Below are positions 36,979 to 49,654 of a stretch of DNA of 64,000 bases, in pieces. The position numbers and the translations under genes were made by a program. The notes under the pieces are model-generated. The model ran no database searches. It was not told the DNA's origin and saw only the letters and a program-made list of their open reading frames with translations. How positions within the stretch are numbered: position 1 is the stretch's first letter; the number at the start of each line of letters is the position of its first letter. This DNA is from Octopus sinensis (lineage: Eukaryota), in assembly GCF_006345805.1 (NCBI RefSeq), contig NC_042997.1:36580001-36644000 (forward strand). The letters run 5' to 3'.

Positions 36979-38657
36979 GCGTGTGTATGTGTATGTGTTT
37001 GTGTATAAGCGTGTGTGTTACTGCATTGTTTCTATTGATAATATCTAGACCTATTTGTATGTTTTTTTTACTTCACGTATAGTTCTTAATCGTCCATAAA
37101 CTTAGTGTTACACTATATCACTGGAAGAGCCAGGTGAGCAGTACAATGGTATATTTAAACTCTCTGTTCCACGTGTCTCCCCTTCTTCTGCTTATTTTGT
37201 CATTCCGTGATATGTATCTTTATCTGCGCAAGCGCTGATGAAATCTGTGAATTGAAGGAAAATATCTGTAGAAACGTCTCGAATTCTTGCGATAAAACTG
37301 CATTGACTAAACGTGTTATCGAATGAAAAGAATTAACGTGTTAAATCTCATTAAGAGCGTATTACATTGTGTCATTTTATGAACAGTATGGCTGAATAAC
37401 AGACGTGATAGTCATGGCTGGAAATGTCTTTCGATTCATTTGTCTGCTCGATCAAAGTTGGCTTCAAATTCTACAATAGCATCAGTATTTAGTAGAAAAA
37501 TAACCACTAAAACGGCAAATCCATTACTATGCTGAATTGAATTTGGAGGAGAGAGACACGGATTTAAAGGTAGAAATTGAAGATTGACACTTTGGCTTGT
37601 ATAGTGTCAGGTAGGTTGGCTGGATTTTATAGAATACTGATGTTGCAGAAACCTGTCTCCTCAAAGTTAACTGTAGCGCATGGTGTTTCAAAATCGATCC
37701 CACCATGTATTATCTAATATATCTTTACAAGTCTTAATCTCTTGGCTTCTACAAATTTTATCTTACAGTTTGCTAAGAAGTTTCATATAGAATGCAACAT
37801 CAATGTAAAAGATGAAAGAAAATACATCCGACACTTTAGTCTAGCAAAACGGAAAGGAGAAATATTGCGGGCGAGAAGGAAAGAAGGAGAGACACGAACA
37901 TAAAATAAAGTATAATTTCAAGAAAGCCTAGCCACAACCATAAGATCTAACATGCAATTTACAAATGCAGTGAAGTGTAGTATCTGAGAATATATAATAC
38001 CATAGAATAATGATAGTTTAAGAATGAAGTCAACAGTATGTGTGTTTTATGTATCTCCACCGACCGTTCCCATTAAATACTTTCATACACACGCACGTGC
38101 GCACACACATACATACACACACATACATACACTTGCACACACATAAACACATACATACATACAAATACATAACTGAGACTTCAGTTGAAATCGCCGCATC
38201 ACGGTCCAGTAGTCAGCTGTTTGACTATTAAACTACCTACAAAGCGGACATTGTATTCTGTTTTCGGTGGCGAAGACTTTTGTAGAACCAGACACGCGTT
38301 TGGAAATGTCAATAGCAGGAAGTAGAGAGAAATGTTCGCCACAAACTAAATAAAAGAACTGAATCTAGGCTTTTGTATTAGAGATCTCCATCACCTAGGT
38401 TATATTAATTTTCCAAGTCTTACGATAGGAACTTTCGTCGTCGGCAAATAGCGCAAGTAGGTCATAGGATTTTTGGAAGTTTATCCGCAATGGATTGGTC
38501 TACTTTCTCTTGCAATACGGCATGGGCAAACGCAATCTATTCACGTAGCAGGTCTCTTAATGTTATTGGTTTAATTACCTACTGCCCGACTGCGCAACAG
38601 GTTGTATTTGGTGATACGTTACCAGTAGTACTCAAAGTCGATCTACGAATATATATT

Positions 38658-39040
38658 GAAGCACTCTGTCGGTTACGACGACGAGGGTTCCGGTTGATCC
38701 GATCAACGTAACAGCCTGCTCGTGAAATTAACGTGTAAGTGGCTGAGCACTCCACAGACACGTGTACCCTTAACGTAGTTCTCTGGGATATTCAGCGTGA
38801 CACAGAGAGTGACAAGGCCGGCCCTTTGAAATACAGGTACAACAGAAACAGGAAGTAAGAGTGAGAGAAAGTTGTGGTGAAAGGGTACAGCAGGGATCAC
38901 CACCCCCTGCCGGAGCCTCGTGGAGCTTTTTAGGCGTTTTCGCTCAATAAACACTCACAACGCCCGGTCTGGGAATCGAAACCGCGATCCTACGATCGCG
39001 AGTCCGCTGCCCTAACCACTGTGCCATTGCGCCTCCACGA
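38658..39040 (-). mobile_element. tRNA-derived SINE family C, tail type 1
   Basis: Head TCGTGGAGGCGCAATGGCACAGTGGTTAGGGCAGCGGACTCGCG...TTTCGATTCCC; first ~180 bp shared with 55968-56272. Confidence 0.9.
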
Positions 39041-39714
39041 ATATATATAATATATATATATATATCAATAATCATTATGTGTGTGTGTCTATTCCAGCGT
39101 AGAAATGCATGTGTGTATATATGTCTGCGTCTATTTATGTGTGAGTGTGTGAGTACGACCAGGACTTTTCTTCTACTAAAATGTACACGAAAATTGAATT
39201 TTAAATTACTTCTTTTTTTTTTGTTACATATTTGACAGAATCCTTGTACATCTACCGCTTCCTCAGATTTCGAAAGCAAATGGATGTAAACTACTCAAAA
39301 TATAACGTCCAGTTAGATTATCAAACCTCGATAGAGGATTTCATATTAGCAATATTGAAATATATCTCTTAGTGTTTAAAGTGTTGCTGACATTTGGAAT
39401 ATATTTTCAAGTGTCTTCCCATTAAGTCCAGCATTGGGATAAGAGGAGTTGTTCTGTAGAAGTTTGCAGTTCTCATGCTAAAATACTTTAACCCTGATAA
39501 GTACCAATTGTGGATAAATATGGTTGTGAGGGATGAGTATTCCGCTGGGAACTTGATTTCATATGTGAAAGACACCCGTGAATATTGCTAGCATACATGC
39601 TCCTACATGCAGCGTGTGTTTGTCGCTAAAAAGAACATTTATACTACGCTTTAAATAAAGTCCTGCTCTTGTGGTGTTGCGGTTAGAACGTCTCATTTAA
39701 ATTGTTTTCAGATC

Positions 39715-39910
39715 AGTATCAAATTTTGCCACAACTCCAGCAATTTCCGAGGAAGGATAAGTCGGCTTTACCCACCCCATTGTCCAACGGGTATTTATTT
39801 TATCGTCTTTGAAATGATGAAGTGCAAAGTCAACTGTGGTGTAGTTTGAAGTTAAAACGTAAAACTACACGAAATGCCGCTAAGCATTTTCCCTGTCTTG
39901 CTCACCGCCT
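39715..39910 (-). mobile_element. Diverged SINE family A
   Basis: ACCCCA..GGTATTTATTTTATCG..GAAA..GCAAAGTCAAC..GCTAAGCATTT..CTCACCGCC. Confidence 0.7.
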
Positions 39911-40079
39911 TAAGTTGGTTTCATGTAGATAGTTTCCATACACTCAATATTATATGCAGTGTGTGTGTGATTCCAAAACATGATAGGAAAACTAGAGGGG
40001 AAGGTAAAAAAGAATTCACAGTGTGTCTAGGTGTACCTCTAAGCTTCACATCAATATGCATGTATATAAGATCTGGACA

Positions 40080-40445
40080 GCTCCAACTCTGTCTTTTATC
40101 CGTGGAGGAGGAATTCAGTGTTGCAAAATGCAGAGGTGTAACGATGTACAGGATTACGCGGGTTGAACGTGTCAGACACGCAGGTATCACAACAAGATTC
40201 GAGCGAAAGTGTGTGGCCATCACGAGAGTCACACAGGCTGGGAGCATACGGAAGCTACGCGACATCATTGGAATTACTTGCACAGGATTGCAAGGTCTCT
40301 GTTTCAATTTCCAACGGTAGGCGAAGAGGACTATCAAGGAAAGAAGGGCCATAATCCAGGCTGGAGTACAGGACCAGGAGGAAGAAAAAATAAGGTTCAA
40401 GTGCAGGAGATTCCATTGAGCCTGGCTTCAATAGAATCTTCCTAA
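40080..40445 (+). mobile_element. Possible RTE-clade LINE C-terminal remnant
   Basis: GC-richer island; TMYRITRVERVR / KIRAKV loosely resembles the RTE 'GVTRLDRIRNE.IR' motif. Weak evidence. Confidence 0.3.
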
Positions 40446-43400
40446 AATGAAGGTCTTTAAAATTTTTTCCTTTAATTGCAGAGCATAAGTATTTTTATAT
40501 ATGTTACATTAAACGACTTTTATAAAATATTATTATTTTTGATGTGTACGTCCATCTTAGCAAATATTAAATATTCGAAATTAAGAATTAGAAAATGAAA
40601 GTAGAAGCTTAAACATCTTGTTCTCATATTTTCTTTGTATTTATGAACATGCTCTTAACTACACAGTTCTTAAGTGCTGTAATCTATTCATTAGATTAAA
40701 CAATCTTGAAGGTAGTGACCCTCAAACAAGTCGAACATAACACATAGATGTTGCATGCCTTCTTGGATAAATGTAAGTCTATATAGCCGTGGATCTGCCC
40801 ATAACTTTTGTTTAAATGTAGTTACAAGAGAAGTGTACCGGTGGATGGATTAAATCTGCACTTCAAATAACAACCTGGCTACACGTTGTGTTATACTGAC
40901 TGTAAAGTTACTGTAAGTGGGTTTAACAGCATTCAAACATGTGCATATTCATTTCAGGAGCAGGTGCTTGAGCCGTCTGAAAACTGAATCTCATCATTGT
41001 AATTGAAATAGAGCCATTCGTGCTCACTCACACATACACACACGCAGACGCAAATATACACACATATGACTATACGCACCTACACAAATGCTTACATAAA
41101 CATAGATATATAATGATGGCAGAATTTCGAGAATATAAACATATTGTTAATAAAACATTCGTTAGATGTTTGCTTTCAGTTGATATTCATGCGTTGTTTG
41201 TTTACTTTTATTAAGCAGAATCATATTTGCCTCATTGAATTGAGAATTGATTGCTTGCGTGGTTTGATTTATGGGTCATTGCATTATGTTTTTCAGTATA
41301 TTCTTTATGTAATTTTGTGCCTCTTTTACCAAGATTTTGATGGTTTCTTCTACAGTTACTCTTCATCTGTAAAGAATTACACATGTTAATTTTTTTTTCC
41401 TTTACGCTTCACGACATTCGCAGGGGAACCTTGTTTAGAGATGCCAAGCAGTGATGAAATATTGCAACGTAAATACACAAAAAATGTCCATTATTCTGTA
41501 GGAATAACAATAATAATCATGACCGCTCAATTAGATCATGCACAATTTAAAATGCAATGGCATAAATAATTTCTCACATCTACTTATTCGCAAACAGATG
41601 ATCACACACACACACACAGATGCACCGATAATATATATCAGTTTGAGTCAATGTTTATCGCTAATGACGATGTATGGTTTTCATGGGAGGAGTAGTAGCT
41701 GTGTGTACACAACTTGATGCGTCCTCTGACTGAAATGTCAATTAAGTTGTTTGCAGCATGTTAACTGAGGCAGCTTTCCTTTTAATTTGCTCTAAAGAAC
41801 ATCAAAATACAATGTTCTGGTTTCAATACGGTGAAAAGCCGAAATCCATCGTGTGTTTCTCAAATATATATATTGAGCAGTATATGTATTTTTTTTTCTA
41901 CACAACAGACTTTCTACGAATGGATTGTGAAATTCAAAACACCCGCAAAACTTCAAGCATCATCAAGCAGCTCGGACGTTCTGGATGACTAGTTTTGTTG
42001 ATAATATTCAACTTGTCTGAAACACGATTCATGTGTTGAAACATCCTAAAAGATATGTAGAAATAGAAAAATATGATCATCCGTCATGATTCCTCCTACA
42101 AAATTATGGACAACAATTTTTATGACATTTGTTACATGATGTGTCTCATGATAAATAAAAGAGTTGCACGATCAAAATACTTTTGAAATTAAACAGTTGC
42201 CATTGTTTTGCTTAAATGGAACATATATACGAGAATAGGAGATGGGTATTAAATACCAATGTATTGTGCTCAACTATCCACAGACAAAATTCTTCAGAAG
42301 TTCTTTCTTGTGACAGATATAAACCAGAAACAATACAGAACATTATCAGGAGAATTATGCTACAGTAAACATTGTTTGTTATAACGAGTGCTTACACGAC
42401 CAGAGAAGAGCTAAAATTAAAAGCAAACGCGGAGGACAGCAGTCGAAATCCGTTATATAGTAGCGTGAAAATACATGCTAAGTTTCCGTAGGTCACATTG
42501 CTGAATTCTTGCGGAAAAGTAAATTCGATTTATTGAAGCATTTGTCGTAATCCTTACTTTATTCCCTTTTATTATTACATTTTTTGCAAAAGGAATTAAG
42601 AAGTGAAACATAATTTGGTGCAACAGTGGCACACTCAGCCAAAACAATTTGATCTTTCTGAAGGCATGAATGGTCTGTATGAAAATTCATTACATTTGCT
42701 GAAAAGGTGAGTGAATAAATTGAAAATGGGGAACAGGCATGATCCATAATATTTTTCTTAAGAAATTAGAAACATATCAAAATTAAAAAAGACAAATTCT
42801 GAAAATCTCTAATCTGCTGCTCAAAGTTATCAAAATGACTTATGTAGGCATAAAAAGGAAATATGATAGTTTTTGAATTCTGAGACTTCCTTTAATATTC
42901 AGTGGCTAATCTGAATATCTGCATCTAGAAAATTGCAAAATTGGCCCCAGCAAGAAAACTCCTAAGGGCATAATAGTTACATAAACTATTGTACAAATGG
43001 ATGCACAAAATTTTTGACACATTTAAGGTGTAAGGATAGTAAAGCTATAACTATATTATGGATATTGCGAAATTGTGTTTAACCACATGTGTGTAGAATA
43101 CGATAGACAACATTCTTATGCATGGCCTAAACATTCCTAAGAAAGCAGAAATATTGATGTCATCCGTCTATGTGATTTTTAATGGTAAACTGACTCAGGA
43201 GAGGCATTCCTTTTTACCGGGATTCTCATTATAGAAGACTGTGTAGTTAGGTAGACCCGGAAACGTTTCAAATATTGCATTAATTTTATCACACAAAGAT
43301 GTGAGAATGAGTATATCAAAGACATCTCTAGTGCGAAAGGCACAGACGTAGTAGTAGTTGAGACCTCAGTGATCCACCTCGTACGTATTTGAAATGTATA

Positions 43401-44213
43401 GTAGGACCATTATACAAATATCATGTGTAGACCTAGATTCAGTTGGTCAGTTTGTAATTGTCTAGAGGGCAAATGTTTTTCTTGACACCTACATGTGAAA
43501 ACCGCTGAAATATATTGGACATCTTGTATGGAATTTCGGCAGATGTGGACAAAGCAAGACTCGCTCGTCATCAGTAAAAATCCCAAAATCTCAAAATCAT
43601 GAATTCAGTGACGAAAGTGAATGAACTATTTGAACACGGAAACCACTCGTATTTAGCACAGAATATAATTATCGAGGCACCTGATCAAATCTGGTTAGGT
43701 CTCTGCAAGAAAATGTAATGATTAGTTACCAGATATAATCGTATACTTGATGTTACTTTTGTAGAAGACGACCAATAATGTTGCAAGACATAAACCTTAC
43801 AACGACATCACACTCACTGAAAAGAGGTTCTTTTAATAAAGTGTTACGACAGGTATGAAATAATTTTCTATGCAATTCACGTGTGTGCATCTTCATTGAA
43901 AAACTCTACTCTCATTGTACTATAGATGATTATGAGCATTTGCAATAAACGTTCCAATATCTCATAGCACCTCGTTGTATAAAGTTCCTTTTCTGGTTCT
44001 CTTATTTGTTGAGATCAATTTATTCCTAAATTCAATATATCAACGCTTTTGTACCGAACGCAAGTAAATATTAAAGGTTGTCATTCGAAAGGAACTTTTT
44101 CTGCTTTGATTTAAGTGAATTTCATCTTCCACTATAATATTTGTTTATTGAGGTTCAACGCTACTTACGAGCTATAATAAGAAAAAATATATTTACATAC
44201 ATACATATATACA

Positions 44214-44247
<34 letters not shown>

Positions 44248-46128
44248 CATACATACATATATACATATATACATACATACATATATACAAACAATTATGC
44301 TTAGTCTCCTCGATTGCTTGCTTCTTCGTACAAAGAATTTAATGTATAGAGAGTTACATTAATCACATGACAATTACATTTCAATAAAGAAAAGCATGAA
44401 TCTCGGATCTGGTTCCAGAAAGAAAGGATATTATACTTCGGCTAATATAATTTTCTTTGATGAACTACTGTAATTTCTTTTGCCACTTCCTTCTCAAGTC
44501 GTTTTTAAATAATCCAATCACTGCTTCATGTGTATTACATTCAGTGTTTATCGTACTTGCCTCCCCAGCACACATTTAATGTGTTGCTGCAAGTTCCCTA
44601 CTGACTTCTTTCCTGCTGCGGATGTTGCTATAGTTTGCTTTTGTATGAGTCTGTGGCTGCAGTCGCTAAGATATTGCGGTTCTATTATTGCCTCTGCTGT
44701 GCTAGATGCTGCTCCTTCAGAAACAGCTAATGCAGCTACTCTACCTGAAAGCATCAATACAATATGTCGTTAGACTTGTGGCTTTTCTCATGAGAAGTGG
44801 CATAAGTACTTTTACTCATATTGCTATTGACGTTGTTGTTATTGAAATATTTGTCGCCTTTATCATTACAGTTGTTAATATTTTTGCAATCTTTGCAACA
44901 GATGTAGCTGCGGTTCCAGTCAAACAGCATATGAGGTCATTTGTTATCGTTGTTTAACACTCACTCAGACCTGAATGAGAATAAATAATATCAAAGGCCA
45001 TCCAATATTCACTAATCTAGTTGCTTCGTTTTGCAAACTACATTACTCAATGTACACTTTAATTTAAATGACAGAACAGCAATGTGATTTGAAGGATATA
45101 TAAATGCTATTTTAGCATGTGAAACCAGCACTAGATAGCTCCAGCGTTGACACGTCGGCCATCTTCGGCAGCGAAATCAGAGGATATGTCTAGTTCCTCA
45201 GGTACAGAGAAAGGCCGAATAGTGTTTATACAAGATATATCGACAGAAAAATGGGTAATATTTATTATTTACGCCGTAATATATTTTGGTGAATATGTAC
45301 TATTTTTAGAGTGGTAGTGGTTTTCACGATGCGGAACGGATGTGAACTTAAAATGCAATACGACATCGTTAAATGCCGGAAGGAAGATTCACCGGGTCCT
45401 GCAATTCATTTATCAACGCGAAATTAAATGATTCACATCTATTTAACATGGATTCTTACTCAGTCATGGAATTATTTATTGCAACCATATTGATTCCTGC
45501 AAATTATGCTGAGCTGTTTAGAATATATCTGAAATATAACCATGTTTTATATAAAGAATTCTATACGACTATGAAACATAAATTGTATAAATAGCGAAGA
45601 GGGTAGCACAGATTTAGCACAACATATTAAATAATTGATCCAATGTGTTTGGTGGGAAGACATTTAATGATTAAATAGGACTATTTACCTAAGTGTGAAT
45701 ATAAATATAAATAAAGGAAATAAAGCGAAAACTTTTAACAACAGCGAACATAGATTTAAGAGCAATGATGACATGACTAGCAGTGATTAGAATTACAAGT
45801 TTTCACCAAGATTCAAGTTAGATGAAGATGGTGTTTAATAAGATAAGCTCTGTTGCATGGGGTAAATGGAAATGTTGTGAAGCCCTAGAAACACAAGTCA
45901 CAATCATACAAATGATTCATTAAAATATAAGAGCTGGGAAGGAAACAGAGACAAAGTGATACGTAACAAACCTAGTAATGGTATTAACGAATATAATGAG
46001 CTTTATATTACTGCATTCACTTAAGCTCGCTTCCAGTCAAATGAGTAGACGAATAATCCAACCTCTAAACAATTACATATATAACAATATAACTATACAA
46101 GCAATATATATATATATATATATATATA

Positions 46129-46477
46129 TGCTGGAGTACCGCCTCTAGTCGAACAAATCGACCCCAGGATTTATTCATTGCAAGTTTAGTATTTATTTTA
46201 TCGGTCTCTTTTGCCTAACCACTCGGTAAGCACACCACCATCGGTTCTGAAGCGATGTTGGGGGGAGGGAGACAAACATAGACACACAAACACAACACCC
46301 CCACGCATGCATATATACGACGGGCTTCTTCCAGTTTCCGTCTACCAAATGCAACCACAAGATTTTGGTTGGCCCGAGGCTATAGTAGAAAACACTTGGC
46401 CAAAGTGCCACGCAGTGGGACTGGACCTGAAAAAAAGGGGTTGAGAAGGACGCTACTTACCACACAGCCACGCCTGC
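46129..46477 (-). mobile_element. SINE family B
   Basis: Reverse complement of 8384-8778 motifs (GTTTCCGTCTACCAAAT, GCTATAGTAGAAAACACTTG, CTACTTACCACACAGCCAC). Confidence 0.88.
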
Positions 46478-46509
46478 ACCTATATGTTGCCATGATAGAT
46501 CGTTAGCCA

Positions 46510-46683
46510 CTAAACACATTTTTTCTCTCCTTGTTTCTCTCCCTCTTTTTTCTGTGTCCCTTTCTGTAGAGGAGCGTAGGCTCGAAACGTAAAAGACTTG
46601 TTTCTATTACTGAGCGTTATATTAATACATCTGTTTGTTTTGTACACCACCTGTCTTCGTCTTTTTTTTTCGTAAACTCTCCC
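46510..46683 (+). mobile_element. Short hammerhead-bearing element, family Y, ending at (TA)n
   Basis: Homologous to 57088-57270; both end in CACCACCTGTCTTCGTC...CGTAA.TCTCCC|TATA. Confidence 0.8.
46560..46595 (+). ncRNA. Minimal hammerhead-like motif with CUGUAGA core
   Basis: cttt-CTGTAGA-G-gagc(gtag)gctc-GAAAC-GTA-aaag. Confidence 0.6.
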
Positions 46684-46939
46684 TATATATATATATATAT
46701 ATATATATATGCATACATACATACATACGTACATGCATACATATATACATATACATGCATTGTTACATATACGTCGACATATATATGAGCGTGTGTGAAT
46801 ATAGCTTCGTGATTTTTCACGACCTCTTGACACCAAGTATTAGGAGAACCGTTTTAGTCGGCGATGGAATAAGCACGAATTAAAAAAAAAAAATTTCGGC
46901 TATTAACTTGGAAGTAGTGCGCCATGAAATATGAAGTCC

Positions 46940-47002
<63 letters not shown>

Positions 47003-47036
47003 CATACATACATACATACATACATACATACATACA

Positions 47037-47850
47037 CTAGCAGAAATACCCAGCATTTCCCCGGCTGAATAAAATATTGAAATTCTAAAGTGTCTTTTAG
47101 ATCTCTAACATGAAACATAGACAACGCAGGTCTTTCGCCCTAATAGCTGAGATACCAACTTTATACGTTAATAACCCGGCATTTCCGACTTTATTGAATA
47201 TGATAAAATTTAAGTATGCCTTTTAAATCTCTAAGTAGAATGAAACATAAATTATGCTGTCCTCAACATTTATTAGCTGAGGTCAATAGCATATTTTCTC
47301 CAATGTACTCACTGTTAAAATTGTTTAAAACATGAGGTAGTTCTTTGTCTTTGCAATCATCTTCAATTGTCAGTACTTATTTGAAACACGTTGAACCTGA
47401 AAATGCATAAATTTGAGAAGGACCAGCCTGTGGGCGCTCCTCTGCTGTTAATAAGTACAGTTAACAAAAATTCTATCAGATGACGTCAGTATAAACAAAT
47501 GTTTTGAAGCAAATCCAGAAATCAATCTCAGTTTAATTTTCTAGAGCTTCTAAATATATGATGTTTTGAGTGCATCCATTAATTGTTGTATAAATGAAAA
47601 AATTTTAAGGAGTTACAACTCGCCAAAATCCTACATGCAATTGTCCATGAGAGAAGCAAGGTGAAGCAAGGTGAAGTCCAACAACCTTGAGAGACTGTCC
47701 TTGAGATATGTGCATTGACATAACGAAAGTACACATTCACCTGGGGCAAATATTTTCACCAAACAATGTATGTCATGTATATGAAACAGATTTATTGACA
47801 ATTCATCAATTAAATGAAATCTCCGTGTGGATTTTTTTTTATCGCACACT
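47037..47850 (-). mobile_element. Helitron 3' portion with RepHel helicase C-terminal remnant
   Basis: Minus-strand SQGQSLKVVGLHLASPCFSHGQLHVG..RV...QNIIYLEAL* (47533-47715, PIF1-type motifs V/VI). Ends in a degenerate GC palindrome plus CTAG|T at 47037. Confidence 0.88.
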
Positions 47851-47871
47851 CACTCACATCTTATGCAAATA

Positions 47872-49205
47872 GAACGCCGGAGAAGGCATAACTACAGACT
47901 TCTGTCCACCGAATTTAGATGATTATAACTTACAGAAAAATTGGATATTTTTTCATTAAATTTTCTATGAATATATGTTATATCATATATATTCCGAATA
48001 TACAAAATTTTGGGGGAAAGGGAAGAGTTTTAGAGGAGGTCGGGAGAGTTTTCGGAAATTTCATCGGAATCCAATTCAATTCATCTTTTGTAATTAAATT
48101 GTCTACATATATACCTCGAACTATGTACATTCCGAGCATATAGGATGTTTGGAAAAAACAATTGGGAGTTATTTTTGAAAACTTTATCTCAATCGGGAGT
48201 GTTTCGGAACACGTCGTCCATATTTGCTTCATTTTATCTGTTTTGTGCGTTTGTGCAACCGTATATAACCCTCAACCCTAGCTGTAAAATTTCGGGGAAA
48301 ATGGAAAAGGGGAGGAGTGGAGAAATATCCGTAGATAATTCAATTAAAATATATCCATTGAAAGTCGGTGGAGATGGAGCGAGGGAGAAATCTATAGTTT
48401 TAGCGCCGGAGAACAATATATCAAAATGAAAGTACTTTTAGAATTTTTTTTTTTATTTATCTGAAATCGTCACAACTGAATATCAAGTGTTAATAAGATG
48501 ACTTGTTCCAAAAATGTCCGAAATATGTATTGAAAAATCAAGAAAAAGGAGTATATATCCTTAGGAATTTTTCTCACCTTTTGAAATTCAATACACATAC
48601 ACACACACAATTCATTTGCCTTCATTGCCTGTTGCTTCGGTAGATATCTACGGATGCAGAAACGCACAAAACTGAGAAAAAGAAACAAATATGGAGGATT
48701 TGTTCCGAAATACCCCCTAATGGGAAACAGTTCTCTAAAATAACACCCAATTATTTTCTCTAAAAATTCCTACATGCTCGGAATGTACATAGTTGGAGAT
48801 GTATTTATAGCCAATTTCATTAAACGATATCCATTTTCCAGAAATTTAAGACGAGTTGAAATGGACTCCAGTGAATTTTCCGAAAATCCTCTACCACCTC
48901 CGCCTGAAACAATTTTTCATCAAAATATTAAATATTCAGAATATATATGATATAACACATATTCGTAGAAAATTTCATTAAAAATATCCATTTTTCCGAA
49001 TGTGATGATCATCCAAATTGGTGGTGGGGATGCAGAAATCTGTAGTTATGCCGCCGGCGAAGAATATAAGCAATGAAAGTACCTTTAGAAATTCTTTTTT
49101 TATCTGAAATCGTCACATCTGAATATCAAGTGTTAATAAGTTGACTTGTTCCAAAAATGTCCGAAATATGCATTGGAAAATCAAGAAAAAGGAGTCTATC
49201 TCCGC
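47872..49205. repeat. Modular repeat: ~400-bp inverted arms plus a ~200-bp direct repeat
   Basis: 47872-48270 is the inverse of 48640-49068; 48340-48560 repeats 48990-49205. Confidence 0.85.
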
Positions 49206-49654
49206 ATAGCATTTCTTTTCTCCCATGTAAGTACCTTTTGAAATACTTTATCAGAAATGGTCACAATTGTGATGCGGTGTACATAAATGTATGGGCAAAT
49301 AGCTGGTTAGGACGTCAAATGCAGGACATTGAAACTTATTTACTTCGTCAAGACGCCAAAGACAGGAAGTTCAGAAAACGATTTGAAGAAGTGAATCCTT
49401 ATATATGGAGCAATATTATTTATCTTTACTAAAAAGAAAATCAAAATCAAGACCGTATAATTCTTTCAAAGGTCAAATTATTCATGTACATCAAGTATGG
49501 TACAGATTGATCCAGAGGTTCGTGTATGCATTGAGGACACAGACACACAGACAGAGTATTATATATATATACCAGAGTGAGCACATAAATGCGAATCAAT
49601 GTGGAAAAAATCGTACTCGAATACCAGAAGTAGAGTCACACGCTTTATTTAAAA

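Noticed and set aside
38410-38657. Open GC-richer stretch, with LFADD on the minus strand
   Set aside because: Isolated motif with no other RT blocks and no convincing splice sites.
44528-44957. Overlapping Ala/Thr/Val-rich ORFs on both strands
   Set aside because: Looks like decayed trinucleotide low-complexity sequence; no recognisable domain or consistent exon frame.
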